Shown: positions 50,201-64,000 of the stretch, piece by piece
How the letters are laid out: each line of letters begins with the position of its first letter
Numbering within the stretch: position 1 is the first letter of the stretch
DNA from: Auanema rhodensis
Taxonomy: Eukaryota > Animalia > Nematoda
Length of the DNA: 64,000 nt
Direction of reading: 5' to 3'
Assembly: GCA_964057225.1 (NCBI GenBank)
Contig: OZ059895.1
Span: 806,001-870,000 of the forward strand
Notes under the pieces: generated by a model
What the model was told of the DNA's origin: nothing
The model's input: only the letters and a program-made list of their open reading frames with translations
The model's database searches: none
Translations under genes and position numbers: made by a program

Positions 50201-53200
50201 GCTTCCAAAAACATTTTGACAAAAATTTTTTCGAAACATTTCAAAATAATTTAGCAAAAAGTAGATGTTTTTAGATTCCTTTTTTCAAGGCAAAGACGAT
50301 GGACAATGTTATTCAACGAAAAAATTAATTCTTCAGGGTGAAAATCGAGGATATAAGTGTGAACTTATATCAGTTGATATCTCGGTGCATTTTTAAGCTA
50401 GCGCAAATCTGATAACACAAATCGACGCAGCTTAAAAATCCGCATCGAATGCACTATACTACATTGAGAAACGCTTAATACAAAAATTAGTTATGATCGT
50501 TTGAAAAATGATGCATTAGTGTATGTTGAGTTTCCATGTACACTCAACATTGCTTCCAAAAACATTTTGACAAAAAGTTTTTCGAAAAATTTCAAAATAA
50601 TTTAGCAAAAAGTAGATGTTTTTAGATTTCTTTTTCCAAGGCAAAGACGATGGACAATGTTATTCAACGAAAAAATTAATTCTTCAGGGTGAAAATCGAG
50701 GATATAAGTGTGAACTTATATCAGTTGATATCTCGGTGCATTTTCAAGCTAGCGCAAATCTGATAACACAGATCGACGCAGCTTAAAAATTCGCATCGAG
50801 TGCACTATACTACATTGAGAAACGCTTAATACAAAAATTAGTTATGATCGTTTGAAAAATGATGCATTAGTGTATGTTGAGTTTCCATGTACACTCAACA
50901 TTGCTTCCAAAAACATTTTGACAAAAATTTTTTCGAAAAATTTCAAAATAATTTAGCAAAAAGTAGATGTTTTTAGATTCCATTTTTCAAAGCAAAGACG
51001 ATGGACAATGTTATTCAACGAAAAAATTAATTCTTCAGGGTGAAAATCGAGGATATAAGTGTGAACTTATATCAGTTGATATCTCGGGGCACTTTTAAGC
51101 TAGCGCAAATCTGATAACACAAATCGACGCAGCTTAAAAATCCGCATCGAATGCACTATACTACATTGAGAAACGCTTAATACAAAAATTAGTTATGATC
51201 GTTTGAAAAATGATGCATTAGTGTATGTTGAGTTTCCATGTACACTCAACATTGCTTCCAAAAACATTTTGACAAAAATTTTTTCGAAACATTTCAAAAT
51301 AATTTAGCAAAAAGTAGATGTTTTTAGATTCCTTTTTTTGAGGCAAAGACGATGGACAATGTTATTCAACGAAAAAATTAATTCTTCAGGGTGAAAATTG
51401 AGGATATAAGTGTGAACTTATATCAGTTGATATCTCGGTGCATTTTTAAGCTAGCGCAAATCTGATAACACAAATCGACGCAGCTTAAATATCCGCATCG
51501 AATGCACTATACTACATTGAGAAACGCTTAATACAAAAATTAGTTATGATCGTTTGAAAAATGATGCATTAGTGTATGTTGAGTTTCCATGTACACTCAA
51601 CATTGCTTCCAAAAACATTTTGACAAAAATTTTTTCGAAAAATTTCAAAATAATTTAGCAAAAAGTAGATGTTTTTAGATTTCATTTTTCAAGGCAAAGA
51701 CGATAGACAATGTTATTCAACGAAAAAATTAATTCTTCAGGGTGAAAATCGAGGATATAAGTGTGAACTTATATCAGTTGATATCTCGGTGCATTTTTAA
51801 GCTAGCGCAAATCTGATAACACAGATCGACGCAGCTTAAAAATCCGCATCGAATGCACTATACTACATTGAGAAACGCTTAATACAAAAATTTGTTATGA
51901 TCGTTTGAAAAATGATGCATTAGTGTATGTTGAGTTTCCATGTACACTCAACATTGCTTCCAAAAACATTTTGACAAAAATTTTTTCGAAACATTTCAAA
52001 ATAATTCAGCAAAAAGTAGATGTTTTTAGATTCTTTTTTTCAAGGCAAAGACGATGGACAATGTTATTCAACGAAAAAATTAATTCTTCAGGGTGAAAAT
52101 CGAGGATATAAGTGTGAACTTATATCAGTTGATATCTCGGTTCATTTTTAAGCTAGCGCAAATCTGATAACACAAATCGACGCAGCTTAAATATCCGCAT
52201 CGAATGCACTATACTACATTGAGAAACGCTTAATACAAAAATTAGTTATGATCGTTTGAAAAATGATGCATTAGTGTATGTTGAGTTTCCATGTACACTC
52301 AACATTGCTTCCAAAAACATTTTGACAAAAATTTTTTCGAAAAATTTCAAAATAATTTAGCAAAAAGTAGATGTTTTTAGATTTCATTTTTCAAGGCAAA
52401 GACGATAGACAATGTTATTCAACGAAAAAATTAATTCTTCAGGGTGAAAATCGAGGATATAAGTGTGAACTTATATCAGTTGATATCTCGGTGCATTTTT
52501 AAGCTAGCGCAAATCTGATAACACAGATCGACGCAGCTTAAAAATCCGCATCGAATGCACTATACTACATTGAGAAACGCTTAATACAAAAATTTGTTAT
52601 GATCGTTTGAAAAATGATGCATTAGTGTATGTTGAGTTTCCATGTACACTCAACATTGCTTCCAAAAACATTTTGACAAAAATTTTTTCGAAACATTTCA
52701 AAATAATTCAGCAAAAAGTAGATGTTTTTAGATTCTTTTTTTCAAGGCAAAGACGATGGACAATGTTATTCAACGAAAAAATTAATTCTTCAGGGTGAAA
52801 ATCGAGGATATAAGTGTGAACTTATATCAGTTGATATCTCGGTTCATTTTTAAGCTAGCGCAAATCTGATAACACAGATCGACGCAGCTTAAAAATCCGC
52901 ATCGAATGCACTATACTACATTGAGAAACGCTTAATACAAAAATTAGTTATGATCGTTTGAAAAATGATGCATTAGTGTATGTTGAGTTTCCATGTACAC
53001 TCAACATTGCTTCCAAAAACATTTTGACAAAAAGTTTTTCGAAAAATTTCAAAATAATTTAGCAAAAAGTAGATGTTTTTAGATTCCTTTTTTTGAGGCA
53101 AAGACGATGGACAATGTTATTCAACGAAAAAATTAATTCTTCAGGGTGAAAATTGAGGATATAAGTGTGAACTTATATCAGTTGATATCTCGGTGCATTT

Positions 53201-56200
53201 TTAAGCTAGCGCAAATCTGATAACACAAATCGACGCAGCTTAAATATCCGCATCGAATGCACTATACTACATTGAGAAACGCTTAATACAAAAATTAGTT
53301 ATGATCGTTTGAAAAATGATGCATTAGTGTATGTTGAGTTTCCATGTACACTCAACATTGCTTCCAAAAACATTTTGACAAAAATTTTTTCGAAAAATTT
53401 CAAAATAATTTAGCAAAAAGTAGATGTTTTTAGATTTCATTTTTCAAGGCAAAGACGATAGACAATGTTATTCAACGAAAAAATTAATTCTTCAGGGTGA
53501 AAATCGAGGATATAAGTGTGAACTTATATCAGTTGATATCTCGGTGCATTTTTAAGCTAGCGCAAATCTGATAACACAGATCGACGCAGCTTAAAAATCC
53601 GCATCGAATGCACTATACTACATTGAGAAACGCTTAATACAAAAATTTGTTATGATCGTTTGAAAAATGATGCATTAGTGTATGTTGAGTTTCCATGTAC
53701 ACTCAACATTGCTTCCAAAAACATTTTGACAAAAATTTTTTCGAAACATTTCAAAATAATTCAGCAAAAAGTAGATGTTTTTAGATTCTTTTTTTCAAGG
53801 CAAAGACGATGGACAATGTTATTCAACGAAAAAATTAATTCTTCAGGGTGAAAATCGAGGATATAAGTGTGAACTTATATCAGTTGATATCTCGGTTCAT
53901 TTTTAAGCTAGCGCAAATCTGATAACACAAATCGACGCAGCTTAAATATCCGCATCGAATGCACTATACTACATTGAGAAACGCTTAATACAAAAATTAG
54001 TTATGATCGTTTGAAAAATGATGCATTAGTGTATGTTGAGTTTCCATGTACACTCAACATTGCTTCCAAAAACATTTTGACAAAAATTTTTTCGAAAAAT
54101 TTCAAAATAATTTAGCAAAAAGTAGATGTTTTTAGATTTCATTTTTCAAGGCAAAGACGATAGACAATGTTATTCAACGAAAAAATTAATTCTTCAGGGT
54201 GAAAATCGAGGATATAAGTGTGAACTTATATCAGTTGATATCTCGGTGCATTTTTAAGCTAGCGCAAATCTGATAACACAGATCGACGCAGCTTAAAAAT
54301 CCGCATCGAATGCACTATACTACATTGAGAAACGCTTAATACAAAAATTTGTTATGATCGTTTGAAAAATGATGCATTAGTGTATGTTGAGTTTCCATGT
54401 ACACTCAACATTGCTTCCAAAAACATTTTGACAAAAATTTTTTCGAAACATTTCAAAATAATTCAGCAAAAAGTAGATGTTTTTAGATTCTTTTTTTCAA
54501 GGCAAAGACGATGGACAATGTTATTCAACGAAAAAATTAATTCTTCAGGGTGAAAATCGAGGATATAAGTGTGAACTTATATCAGTTGATATCTCGGTTC
54601 ATTTTTAAGCTAGCGCAAATCTGATAACACAGATCGACGCAGCTTAAAAATCCGCATCGAATGCACTATACTACATTGAGAAACGCTTAATACAAAAATT
54701 AGTTATGATCGTTTGAAAAATGATGCATTAGTGTATGTTGAGTTTCCATGTACACTCAACATTGCTTCCAAAAACATTTTGACAAAAAGTTTTTCGAAAA
54801 ATTTCAAAATAATTTAGCAAAAAGTAGATGTTTTTAGATTTCTTTTTTCAAGGCAAAGACGATGGACAATGTTATTCAACGAAAAAATTAATTCTTCAGG
54901 GTGAAAATCGAGGATATAAGTGTGAACTTATATCAGTTGATATCTCGGTTCATTTTTAAGCTAGCGCAAATCTGATAACACAGATCGACGCAGCTTAAAA
55001 ATCCGCATCGAATGCACTATACTACATTGAGAAACGCTTAATACAAAAATTAGTTATGATCGTTTGAAAAATGATGCATTAGTGTATGTTGAGTTTCCAT
55101 GTACACTCAACATTGCTTCCAAAAACATTTTGACAAAAAGTTTTTCGAAAAATTTCAAAATAATTTAGCAAAAAGTAGATGTTTTTAGATTCCTTTTTTT
55201 GAGGCAAAGACGATGGACAATGTTATTCAACGAAAAAATTAATTCTTCAGGGTGAAAATTGAGGATATAAGTGTGAACTTATATCAGTTGATATCTCGGT
55301 GCATTTTTAAGCTAGCGCAAATCTGATAACACAAATCGACGCAGCTTAAATATCCGCATCGAATGCACTATACTACATTGAGAAACGCTTAATACAAAAA
55401 TTAGTTATGATCGTTTGAAAAATGATGCATTAGTGTATGTTGAGTTTCCATGTACACTCAACATTGCTTCCAAAAACATTTTGACAAAAATTTTTTCGAA
55501 AAATTTCAAAATAATTTAGCAAAAAGTAGATGTTTTTAGATTTCATTTTTCAAGGCAAAGACGATAGACAATGTTATTCAACGAAAAAATTAATTCTTCA
55601 GGGTGAAAATCGAGGATATAAGTGTGAACTTATATCAGTTGATATCTCGGTGCATTTTTAAGCTAGCGCAAATCTGATAACACAGATCGACGCAGCTTAA
55701 AAATCCGCATCGAATGCACTATACTACATTGAGAAACGCTTAATACAAAAATTTGTTATGATCGTTTGAAAAATGATGCATTAGTGTATGTTGAGTTTCC
55801 ATGTACACTCAACATTGCTTCCAAAAACATTTTGACAAAAATTTTTTCGAAACATTTCAAAATAATTCAGCAAAAAGTAGATGTTTTTAGATTCTTTTTT
55901 TCAAGGCAAAGACGATGGACAATGTTATTCAACGAAAAAATTAATTCTTCAGGGTGAAAATCGAGGATATAAGTGTGAACTTATATCAGTTGATATCTCG
56001 GTTCATTTTTAAGCTAGCGCAAATCTGATAACACAAATCGACGCAGCTTAAATATCCGCATCGAATGCACTATACTACATTGAGAAACGCTTAATACAAA
56101 AATTAGTTATGATCGTTTGAAAAATGATGCATTAGTGTATGTTGAGTTTCCATGTACACTCAACATTGCTTCCAAAAACATTTTGACAAAAATTTTTTCG

Positions 56201-59200
56201 AAAAATTTCAAAATAATTTAGCAAAAAGTAGATGTTTTTAGATTTCATTTTTCAAGGCAAAGACGATAGACAATGTTATTCAACGAAAAAATTAATTCTT
56301 CAGGGTGAAAATCGAGGATATAAGTGTGAACTTATATCAGTTGATATCTCGGTGCATTTTTAAGCTAGCGCAAATCTGATAACACAGATCGACGCAGCTT
56401 AAAAATCCGCATCGAATGCACTATACTACATTGAGAAACGCTTAATACAAAAATTTGTTATGATCGTTTGAAAAATGATGCATTAGTGTATGTTGAGTTT
56501 CCATGTACACTCAACATTGCTTCCAAAAACATTTTGACAAAAATTTTTTCGAAACATTTCAAAATAATTCAGCAAAAAGTAGATGTTTTTAGATTCTTTT
56601 TTTCAAGGCAAAGACGATGGACAATGTTATTCAACGAAAAAATTAATTCTTCAGGGTGAAAATCGAGGATATAAGTGTGAACTTATATCAGTTGATATCT
56701 CGGTTCATTTTTAAGCTAGCGCAAATCTGATAACACAGATCGACGCAGCTTAAAAATCCGCATCGAATGCACTATACTACATTGAGAAACGCTTAATACA
56801 AAAATTAGTTATGATCGTTTGAAAAATGATGCATTAGTGTATGTTGAGTTTCCATGTACACTCAACATTGCTTCCAAAAACATTTTGACAAAAAGTTTTT
56901 CGAAAAATTTCAAAATAATTTAGCAAAAAGTAGATGTTTTTAGATTTCTTTTTTCAAGGCAAAGACGATGGACAATGTTATTCAACGAAAAAATTAATTC
57001 TTCAGGGTGAAAATCGAGGATATAAGTGTGAACTTATATCAGTTGATATCTCGGTGCATTTTTAAGCTAGCGCAAATCTGATAACACAGATCGACGCAGC
57101 TTAAAAATCCGCATCGAGTGCACTATACTACATTGAGAAACGCTTAATACAAAAATTAGTTATGATCGTTTGAAAAATGATGCATTAGTGTATGTTGAGT
57201 TTCCATGTACACTCAACATTGCTTCCAAAAACATTTTGACAAAAATTTTTTCGAAAAATTTCAAAATAATTTAGCAGAAAGTAGATGTTTTTAGATTCCA
57301 TTTTTCAAAGCAAAGACGATGGACAATGTTATTGAACGAAAAAATTAATTCTTCAGGGTGAAAATCGAGGATATAAGTGTGAACTTATATCAGTTGATAT
57401 CTCGGTGCATTTTTAAGTTAGCGCAAATCTGATAACACAGATCGACGCAGCTTAAAAATCCGCATCGAATGCACTATACTACATTGAGAAACGCTTAATA
57501 CAAAAATTAGTTATGATCGTTTGAAAAATGATGCATTAGTGTATGTTGAGTTTCCATGTACACTCAACATTGCTTCCAAAAACATTTTGACAAAAATTTT
57601 TTCGAAACATTTCAAAATAATTTAGCAAAAAGTAGATGTTTTTAGATTCCTTTTTTTGAGGCAAAGACGATGGACAATGTTATTCAACGAAAAAATTAAT
57701 TCTTCAGGGTGAAAATTGAGGATATAAGTGTGAACTTATATCAGTTGATATCTCGGTGCATTTTTAAGCTAGCGCAAATCTGATAACACAAATCGACGCA
57801 GCTTAAAAATCCGCATCGAATGCACTATACTACATTGAGAAACGCTTAATACAAAAATTTGTTATGATCGTTTGAAAAATGATGCATTAGTGTATGTTGA
57901 GTTTCCATGTACACTCAACATTGCTTCCAAAAACATTTTGACAAAAATTTTTTCGAAACATTGCAAAATAATTCAGCAAAAAGTAGATGTTTTTAGATTC
58001 CTTTTTTCAAGGCAAAGACGATGGACAATGTTATTCAACGAAAAAATTAATTCTTCAGGGTGAAAATCGAGGATATAAGTGTGAACTTATATCAGTTGAT
58101 ATCTCGGTGCATTTTTAAGCTAGCGCAAATCTGATAACACAGATCGACGCAGCTTAAAAATCCGCATTGAATGCACTATACTACATTGAGAAACGCTTAA
58201 TACAAAAATTAGTTATGATCGTTTGAAAAATGATGCATTAGTGTATGTTGAGTTTCCATGTACACTCAACATTGCTTCCAAAAACATTTTGACAAAAAGT
58301 TTTTCGAAAAATTTCAAAATAATTTAGCAAAAAGTAGATGTTTTTAGATTTCTTTTTTCAAGGCAAAGACGATGGACAATGTTATTCAACGAAAAAATTA
58401 ATTCTTCAGGGTGAAAATCGAGGATATAAGTGTGAACTTATATCAGTTGATATCTCGGTGCATTTTTAAGCTAGCGCAAATCTGATAACACAGATCGACG
58501 CAGCTTAAAAATCCGCATCGAGTGCACTATACTACATTGAGAAACGCTTAATACAAAAATTAGTTATGATCGTTTGAAAAATGATGCATTAGTGTATGTT
58601 GAGTTTCCATGTACACTCAACATTGCTTCCAAAAACATTTTGACAAAAATTTTTTCGAAAAATTTCAAAATAATTTAGCAAAAAGTAGATGTTTTTAGAT
58701 TCCATTTTTCAAAGCAAAGACGATGGACAATGTTATTCAACGAAAAAATTAATTCTTCAGGGTGAAAATCGAGGATATAAGTGTGAACTTATATCAGTTG
58801 ATATCTCGGTGCATTTTTAAGTTAGCGCAAATCTGATAACACAGATCGACGCAGCTTAAAAATCCGCATCGAATGCACTATACTACATTGAGAAACGCTT
58901 AATACAAAAATTAGTTATGATCGTTTGAAAAATGATGCATTAGTGTATGTTGAGTTTCCATGTACACTCAACATTGCTTCCAAAAACATTTTGACAAAAA
59001 TTTTTTCGAAAAATTTCAAAATAATTTAGCAGAAAGTAGATGTTTTTAGATTCCATTTTTCAAAGCAAAGACGATGGACAATGTTATTGAACGAAAAAAT
59101 TAATTCTTCAGGGTGAAAATCGAGGATATAAGTGTGAACTTATATCAGTTGATATCTCGGTGCATTTTTAAGTTAGCGCAAATCTGATAACACAGATCGA

Positions 59201-62200
59201 CGCAGCTTAAAAATCCGCATCGAATGCACTATACTACATTGAGAAACGCTTAATACAAAAATTAGTTATGATCGTTTGAAAAATGATGCATTAGTGTATG
59301 TTGAGTTTCCATGTACACTCAACATTGCTTCCAAAAACATTTTGACAAAAATTTTTTCGAAACATTTCAAAATAATTTAGCAAAAAGTAGATGTTTTTAG
59401 ATTCCTTTTTTTGAGGCAAAGACGATGGACAATGTTATTCAACGAAAAAATTAATTCTTCAGGGTGAAAATTGAGGATATAAGTGTGAACTTATATCAGT
59501 TGATATCTCGGTGCATTTTTAAGCTAGCGCAAATCTGATAACACAAATCGACGCAGCTTAAAAATCCGCATCGAATGCACTATACTACATTGAGAAACGC
59601 TTAATACAAAAATTTGTTATGATCGTTTGAAAAATGATGCATTAGTGTATGTTGAGTTTCCATGTACACTCAACATTGCTTCCAAAAACATTTTGACAAA
59701 ATTTTTTTCGAAACATTGCAAAATAATTCAGCAAAAAGTAGATGTTTTTAGATTCCTTTTTTCAAGGCAAAGACGATGGACAATGTTATTCAACGAAAAA
59801 ATTAATTCTTCAGGGTGAAAATCGAGGATATAAGTGTGAACTTATATCAGTTGATATCTCGGTGCATTTTTAAGCTAGCGCAAATCTGATAACACAGATC
59901 GACGCAGCTTAAAAATCCGCATTGAATGCACTATACTACATTGAGAAACGCTTAATACAAAAATTAGTTATGATCGTTTGAAAAATGATGCATTAGTGTA
60001 TGTTGAGTTTCCATGTACACTCAACATTGCTTCCAAAAACATTTTGACAAAAAGTTTTTCGAAAAATTTCAAAATAATTTAGCAAAAAGTAGATGTTTTT
60101 AGATTTCTTTTTTCAAGGCAAAGACGATGGACAATGTTATTCAACGAAAAAATTAATTCTTCAGGGTGAAAATCGAGGATATAAGTGTGAACTTATATCA
60201 GTTGATATCTCGGTGCATTTTTAAGCTAGCGCAAATCTGATAACACAGATCGACGCAGCTTAAAAATCCGCATCGAGTGCACTATACTACATTGAGAAAC
60301 GCTTAATACAAAAATTAGTTATGATCGTTTGAAAAATGATGCATTAGTGTATGTTGAGTTTCCATGTACACTCAACATTGCTTCCAAAAACATTTTGACA
60401 AAAATTTTTTCGAAAAATTTCAAAATAATTTAGCAGAAAGTAGATGTTTTTAGATTCCATTTTTCAAAGCAAAGACGATGGACAATGTTATTGAACGAAA
60501 AAATTAATTCTTCAGGGTGAAAATCGAGGATATAAGTGTGAACTTATATCAGTTGATATCTCGGTGCATTTTTAAGTTAGCGCAAATCTGATAACACAGA
60601 TCGACGCAGCTTAAAAATCCGCATCGAATGCACTATACTACATTGAGAAACGCTTAATACAAAAATTAGTTATGATCGTTTGAAAAATGATGCATTAGTG
60701 TATGTTGAGTTTCCATGTACACTCAACATTGCTTCCAAAAACATTTTGACAAAAATTTTTTCGAAACATTTCAAAATAATTTAGCAAAAAGTAGATGTTT
60801 TTAGATTCCTTTTTTTGAGGCAAAGACGATGGACAATGTTATTCAACGAAAAAATTAATTCTTCAGGGTGAAAATTGAGGATATAAGTGTGAACTTATAT
60901 CAGTTGATATCTCGGTGCATTTTTAAGCTAGCGCAAATCTGATAACACAAATCGACGCAGCTTAAAAATCCGCATCGAATGCACTATACTACATTGAGAA
61001 ACGCTTAATACAAAAATTTGTTATGATCGTTTGAAAAATGATGCATTAGTGTATGTTGAGTTTCCATGTACACTCAACATTGCTTCCAAAAACATTTTGA
61101 CAAAATTTTTTTCGAAACATTGCAAAATAATTCAGCAAAAAGTAGATGTTTTTAGATTCCTTTTTTCAAGGCAAAGACGATGGACAATGTTATTCAACGA
61201 AAAAATTAATTCTTCAGGGTGAAAATCGAGGATATAAGTGTGAACTTATATCAGTTGATATCTCGGTGCATTTTTAAGCTAGCGCAAATCTGATAACACA
61301 GATCGACGCAGCTTAAAAATCCGCATTGAATGCACTATACTACATTGAGAAACGCTTAATACAAAAATTAGTTATGATCGTTTGAAAAATGATGCATTAG
61401 TGTATGTTGAGTTTCCATGTACACTCAACATTGCTTCCAAAAACATTTTGACAAAAAGTTTTTCGAAAAATTTCAAAATAATTTAGCAAAAAGTAGATGT
61501 TTTTAGATTTCTTTTTTCAAGGCAAAGACGATGGACAATGTTATTCAACGAAAAAATTAATTCTTCAGGGTGAAAATCGAGGATATAAGTGTGAACTTAT
61601 ATCAGTTGATATCTCGGTGCATTTTTAAGCTAGCGCAAATCTGATAACACAGATCGACGCAGCTTAAAAATCCGCATCGAGTGCACTATACTACATTGAG
61701 AAACGCTTAATACAAAAATTAGTTATGATCGTTTGAAAAATGATGCATTAGTGTATGTTGAGTTTCCATGTACACTCAACATTGCTTCCAAAAACATTTT
61801 GACAAAAATTTTTTCGAAAAATTTCAAAATAATTTAGCAAAAAGTAGATGTTTTTAGATTCCATTTTTCAAAGCAAAGACGATGGACAATGTTATTCAAC
61901 GAAAAAATTAATTCTTCAGGGTGAAAATCGAGGATATAAGTGTGAACTTATATCAGTTGATATCTCGGTGCATTTTTAAGTTAGCGCAAATCTGATAACA
62001 CAGATCGACGCAGCTTAAAAATCCGCATCGAATGCACTATACTACATTGAGAAACGCTTAATACAAAAATTAGTTATGATCGTTTGAAAAATGATGCATT
62101 AGTGTATGTTGAGTTTCCATGTACACTCAACATTGCTTCCAAAAACATTTTGACAAAAATTTTTTCGAAACATTTCAAAATAATTTAGCAAAAAGTAGAT

Positions 62201-64000
62201 GTTTTTAGATTCCTTTTTTTGAGGCAAAGACGATGGACAATGTTATTCAACGAAAAAATTAATTCTTCAGGGTGAAAATTGAGGATATAAGTGTAAACTT
62301 ATATCAGTTGATATCTCGGTGCATTTTTAAGCTAGCGCAAATCTGATAACACAAATCGACGCAGCTTAAAAATCCGCATCGAATGCACTATACTACATTG
62401 AGAAACGCTTGATACAAAAATTAGTTATGATCGTTTGAAAAATGATGCATTAGTGTATGTTGAGTTTCCATGTACACTCAACATTGCTTCCAAAAACATT
62501 TTGACAAAAATTTTTTCGAAAAATTTCAAAATAATTTAGCAGAAAGTAGATGTTTTTAGATTCCATTTTTCAAAGCAAAGACGATGGACAATGTTATTCA
62601 ACGAAAAAATTAATTCTTCAGGGTGAAAATCGAGGATATAAGTGTGAACTTATATCAGTTGATATCTCGGTGCATTTTTAAGTTAGCGCAAATCTGATAA
62701 CACAGATCGACGCAGCTTAAAAATCCGCATCGAATGCATTATACTACATTGAGAAACGCTTAATACAAAAATTAGTTATGATCGTTTGAAAAATGATGCA
62801 TTAGTGTATGTTGAGTTTCCATGTACACTCAACATTGCTTCCAAAAACATTTTGACAAAAATTTTTTCGAAACATTTCAAAATAATTTAGCAAAAAGTAG
62901 ATGTTTTTAGATTCCTTTTTTTGAGGCAAAGACGATGGACAATGTTATTCAACGAAAAAATTAATTCTTCAGGGTGAAAATTGAGGATATAAGTGTGAAC
63001 TTATATCAGTTGATATCTCGGTGCATTTTTAAGCTAGCGCAAATCTGATAACACAAATCGACGCAGCTTAAAAATCCGCATCGAATGCACTATACTACAT
63101 TGAGAAACGCTTAATACAAAAATTTGTTATGATCGTTTGAAAAATGATGCATTAGTGTATGTTGAGTTTCCATGTACACTCAACATTGCTTCCAAAAACA
63201 TTTTGACAAAAATTTTTTCGAAACATTGCAAAATAATTCAGCAAAAAGTAGATGTTTTTAGATTCCTTTTTTCAAGGCAAAGACGATGGACAATGTTATT
63301 CAACGAAAAAATTAATTCTTCAGGGTGAAAATCGAGGATATAAGTGTGAACTTATATCAGTTGATATCTCGGTGCATTTTTAAGCTAGCGCAAATCTGAT
63401 AACACAGATCGACGCAGCTTAAAAATCCGCATCGAATGCACTATACTACATTGAGAAACGCTTAATACAAAAATTAGTTATGATCGTTTGAAAAATGATG
63501 CATTAGTGTATGTTGAGTTTCCATGTACACTCAACATTGCTTCCAAAAACATTTTGACAAAAAGTTTTTCGAAAAATTTCAAAATAATTTAGCAAAAAGT
63601 AGATGTTTTTAGATTTCTTTTTTCAAGGCAAAGACGATGGACAATGTTATTCAACGAAAAAATTAATTCTTCAGGGTGAAAATCGAGGATATAAGTGTGA
63701 ACTTATATCAGTTGATATCTCGGTGCATTTTTAAGCTAGCGCAAATCTGATAACACAGATCGACGCAGCTTAAAAATCCGCATCGAGTGCACTATACTAC
63801 ATTGAGAAACGCTTAATACAAAAATTAGTTATGATCGTTTGAAAAATGATGCATTAGTGTATGTTGAGTTTCCATGTACACTCAACATTGCTTCCAAAAA
63901 CATTTTGACAAAAATTTTTTCGAAAAATTTCAAAATAATTTAGCAAAAAGTAGATGTTTTTAGATTCCATTTTTCAAAGCAAAGACGATGGACAATGTTA
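20213..64000. repeat. 351-bp tandem satellite array, right block (~125 monomers, open at window end)
   Basis: Same monomer and orientation with 351-bp period. Occasional +1 indels (TAATAAAAAAAATT near 32575, 35735, 36438, 44512). No non-satellite interruption seen. Confidence 0.99.

Noticed and set aside
41374-63328. Repeated 63-aa + strand ORFs (MKNDALVY...) in the satellite
   Set aside because: They start at TTG and are open only where a point variant removes a TAG present in most monomers. No domain is recognisable; useful only as HOR markers.
1-64000. CRISPR array, or tandem 5S/SL/tRNA/snRNA gene cluster
   Set aside because: No unique spacers, since whole 351-bp units repeat. No SL1 leader, 5S, tRNA cloverleaf or Pol III boxes recognised.

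Overview
Eukaryotic, very probably nematode, satellite DNA. About 160 head-to-tail copies of an AT-rich 351-bp monomer, all in one orientation, fill 1-12594 and 20213-64000. They are organised into local higher-order repeats of 2-9 monomers and larger block duplications. One full-length, young Ty3/gypsy LTR retrotransposon (about 12592-20212, + strand) interrupts the array. It has 377/380-bp LTRs differing at one base, a tRNA-Pro PBS, a PPT and an apparent GCAA target-site duplication. The element carries a 230-aa helical ORF1 overlapping a 1880-aa ORF2 (capsid - CCHC knuckle - protease - dUTPase-like spacer - RT - RNase H - integrase - GPY/F - ~390-aa extension). Most notable: (i) a 44-nt GT-AG nematode-type intron (13966-14009) whose removal fuses ORF1 in frame to Gag-Pol, with an in-frame -1 slippery site nearby as a second route; (ii) a post-integrase extension with an NLS, a Cys/His-rich part and an SGNH-like alpha/beta pattern; (iii) non-canonical termini; (iv) insertion inside the satellite's longest dyad, at a point where satellite variant sets change. 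No host genes, RNA genes or CRISPR arrays are seen.
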